Below, piece by piece: positions 37,198 through 39,065 of a stretch of 39,065 bases of DNA. The first letter of the stretch is position 1. The number at the start of each line of letters is the position of its first letter. The position numbers and the translations under genes are program-made. The notes beneath the pieces are model-generated. The model saw nothing but the letters and a program-made list of their open reading frames with translations. It searched no databases and had not been told where the DNA came from. Location of the stretch: assembly GCA_900317015.1 (NCBI GenBank), contig ONFH01000240.1:1-39065 (forward strand). Direction: 5' to 3'. Source of the DNA: an uncultured Erysipelotrichaceae bacterium (GTDB lineage Bacteria; Bacillota_I; Bacilli_A; Erysipelotrichales; Coprobacillaceae).

Positions 37198-38490
37198 TTA
37201 ATCTTCGTGTTTTTCTTTTTCATCCTTTTCTTTTCCAATAATTGTCAGCTTCAACTGTTCAATTCTGTTTTTATCAATTTTTTCAATGGTAAAGATTCCA
37301 TTACCAATAGCGACCTTCTGATGAAGGACTGGTGAACCATTGACAGCACCTAAGACAAGACCACCAATCGATTCAAAATCTTCTGATTCAAAGTTCGTTC
37401 CACATTCGTCATTGACTTCGTCAATATCCATCGTTCCATCTAAAAGGAACTCATGGTTTGCCAACTCAATGACATCATGTTCTTCGTCGTCAAATTCATC
37501 ATCGATCTCCCCAACGATTTCTTCGACGATATCTTCAAGGGAAACGATTCCGCTCATGACGCCGTATTCATCAAGAACGACGGCTAATGAGATATGATCA
37601 TTTCTCATCTTTTCAAAGACATCTGATACCTGGTTGAACTCATAAACGAAATAGGCTGGACGCATATAGTCCTTGACATCAAAGTGTTCATGATCCACGT
37701 CACGGATCACTAAGTCTTTAATATTTAAGACCCCGATAATATCATCGGTATCATCTTCTTTATGAACAGGAATTCGGGAAAACTGACATTCCTTTAAGAA
37801 TTCCACTAATTGTGGATAGGTAATATCATCATCAATATCAGCAACGTGAATACGAGGCGTCATGATCTCCTTAATTTCGGTGTCACTAAACTCGAACACG
37901 TTGTGCAGCATTTCTTTTTCTTCGTCCTCTAAGACCCCTTCTTCATGGGAGACGTTAACGATCGTCTTTAAGTCTTCCTGGGTGACTGTTGGTCCGCCAT
38001 CAGCCTCACCGCCAAAGAGCTTAATGATGAGCTGAGTGATCAGCTGTAAGATCACATCGATTGGGGTAAAGATAATATTCAAGAAATTCAGGACCGGCGC
38101 AAAACCTAAAACGATCGATTCTGCCTTACGAGTCGCTAATGTCTTTGGCGTGATCTCACCAAAGATCAAGATCATAAGGGTGACAAAACCGGTGGCAATG
38201 GCGACCCATAAACCTTCATTGCCTAAAATCGAGATGACAAACGATGTTGTTAATGAAGAGGCACCAATGTTCACTAAGTTATTTCCAACAAGAATCGATG
38301 TCAGCAATTTCTCATTCTGATCCAAGAGCTTTAAAGCCAGCTGGGCACGATTATTGTTCTCATCCTCGGCCAACGTCTTCATACGAATGTTGGAAACACT
38401 CATATAAGCTGTTTCTGCCGATGAGAAGAAAGCTGAAAGAGAAATTAATATGATAAATACAATAATCATTGTGACTTGATTCGGGTCCAC
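37198..38490 (-). CDS. HlyC/CorC (CNNM DUF21 + CBS pair + CorC) family transporter
   Basis: SAFFSSAETA, GNNLVNI, FGEITPK, EIMTPR, FSRIPV, DEYG, LEDIVEEIVGEI. Confidence 0.93.
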   Translation of the reverse strand: MDPNQVTMIIVFIILISLSAFFSSAETAYMSVSNIRMKTLAEDENNNRAQLALKLLDQNEKLLTSILVGNNLVNIGASSLTTSFVISILGNEGLWVAIATGFVTLMILIFGEITPKTLATRKAESIVLGFAPVLNFLNIIFTPIDVILQLITQLIIKLFGGEADGGPTVTQEDLKTIVNVSHEEGVLEDEEKEMLHNVFEFSDTEIKEIMTPRIHVADIDDDITYPQLVEFLKECQFSRIPVHKEDDTDDIIGVLNIKDLVIRDVDHEHFDVKDYMRPAYFVYEFNQVSDVFEKMRNDHISLAVVLDEYGVMSGIVSLEDIVEEIVGEIDDEFDDEEHDVIELANHEFLLDGTMDIDEVNDECGTNFESEDFESIGGLVLGAVNGSPVLHQKVAIGNGIFTIEKIDKNRIEQLKLTIIGKEKDEKEKHED

Positions 38491-38554
38491 GTAAAATTCA
38501 TACTCCTTATAAAAAAATTCCTATTTGTCTGTATAAAAACAAATATACAAGGCT

Positions 38555-38583
38555 AGTATAAAGCAAAAAGAAAGCCTCGTAAA
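38555..38583 (-). promoter_or_regulatory. Putative SigA promoter of the corC-yihY-rlmD-like-rmuC run
   Basis: TTTACG-17 nt-TATACT. Confidence 0.55.
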
Positions 38584-38626
38584 GTTAGAATTTCAAAAAG
38601 CTGACACGATCATCATCTGAAAACGC

Positions 38627-39065
38627 TTATTTTTTCAATTCTTTTGTGATTTCCGGATATTTCTTAATCGGCATAGTCTTTTTTGGATGTTCACCGGCCA
38701 TTTTTTCCATCCAGACCATATCATACCAGCGCCCAAACTTATAACCGCACTTTGTAAAATAACCGATCTGCTTATAACCTAAATGGGCATGAAAGTTCGC
38801 ACTGTTCTGGGTGAGATATTCATCTTCCACGACTGGATAGCCGATGCAGGCATAGAAATTCAAAATGCCCATTTGCTTTAAGGCATCTTCTAACGCTAAG
38901 TAGAGTTTCTTCCCAGCGCCATGGCCTTTTTCATGACGATCGAGATAGATCGTCATCTCAACGCTCCAGTCATAAGCCGCCCTTTCCTTTAAAGGTCCGG
39001 CATAGGCATAGCCGATGATCTTACCATCTAATTCTTCTACTAAATAAGGATACATCTCTAAAGTC
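38627..39065 (-). CDS. GNAT N-acetyltransferase, phosphinothricin acetyltransferase-like (5' end outside the window)
   Basis: YPYLV, IIGYAYA, RAAYDWSVE, GHGAGKKLY, GYKFGRWYD. The frame is open to the window edge. Confidence 0.88.
   Translation of the reverse strand, partial: TLEMYPYLVEELDGKIIGYAYAGPLKERAAYDWSVEMTIYLDRHEKGHGAGKKLYLALEDALKQMGILNFYACIGYPVVEDEYLTQNSANFHAHLGYKQIGYFTKCGYKFGRWYDMVWMEKMAGEHPKKTMPIKKYPEITKELKK

Noticed and set aside
54-38453. Many short ORFs in the track that are antisense to or out of frame within core genes (e.g. 54..344, 3068..3412, 9048..9359, 19697..20032, 37340..37597)
   Set aside because: Shadow ORFs overlapping well-supported genes, with no recognisable motifs

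Overview
This is a mostly core-genome window from a low-GC Firmicute. The gene order and the TGS-less ThrRS suggest Erysipelotrichales; that assignment is inference. The minus strand carries dnaE-polA-mutM-(Gfo/Idh/MocA)-coaE-dnaB-dnaI-pfkA-pyk, T-box-controlled thrS, an aroB-aroA-aroC-pheA-aroK-thyA-amidase-folA-plsC operon, an M16C peptidase and a corC-yihY-rlmD-like-rmuC run. The plus strand carries a NUDIX hydrolase, a secreted transglutaminase-like protein, tRNA-Leu(CAA), an RsmF-like methyltransferase and an HD protein. Four signals stand out. (1) An Rpn/PD-(D/E)xK nuclease has an internal SD/ATG for its C-terminal domain and is followed by a free-standing, diverged copy of that domain, possibly a toxin with two antitoxins. 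(2) Three diverged, acidic paralogs of unknown function form a self-contained operon. (3) A roughly 80-nt sRNA candidate has anti-SD/anti-AUG sequence and a LexA-type box over its -35 region. (4) An intact RlmD paralog has lost its catalytic motifs. I saw no CRISPR array, rRNA or intact mobile element. All calls come from reading motifs by eye; no database searches were run.
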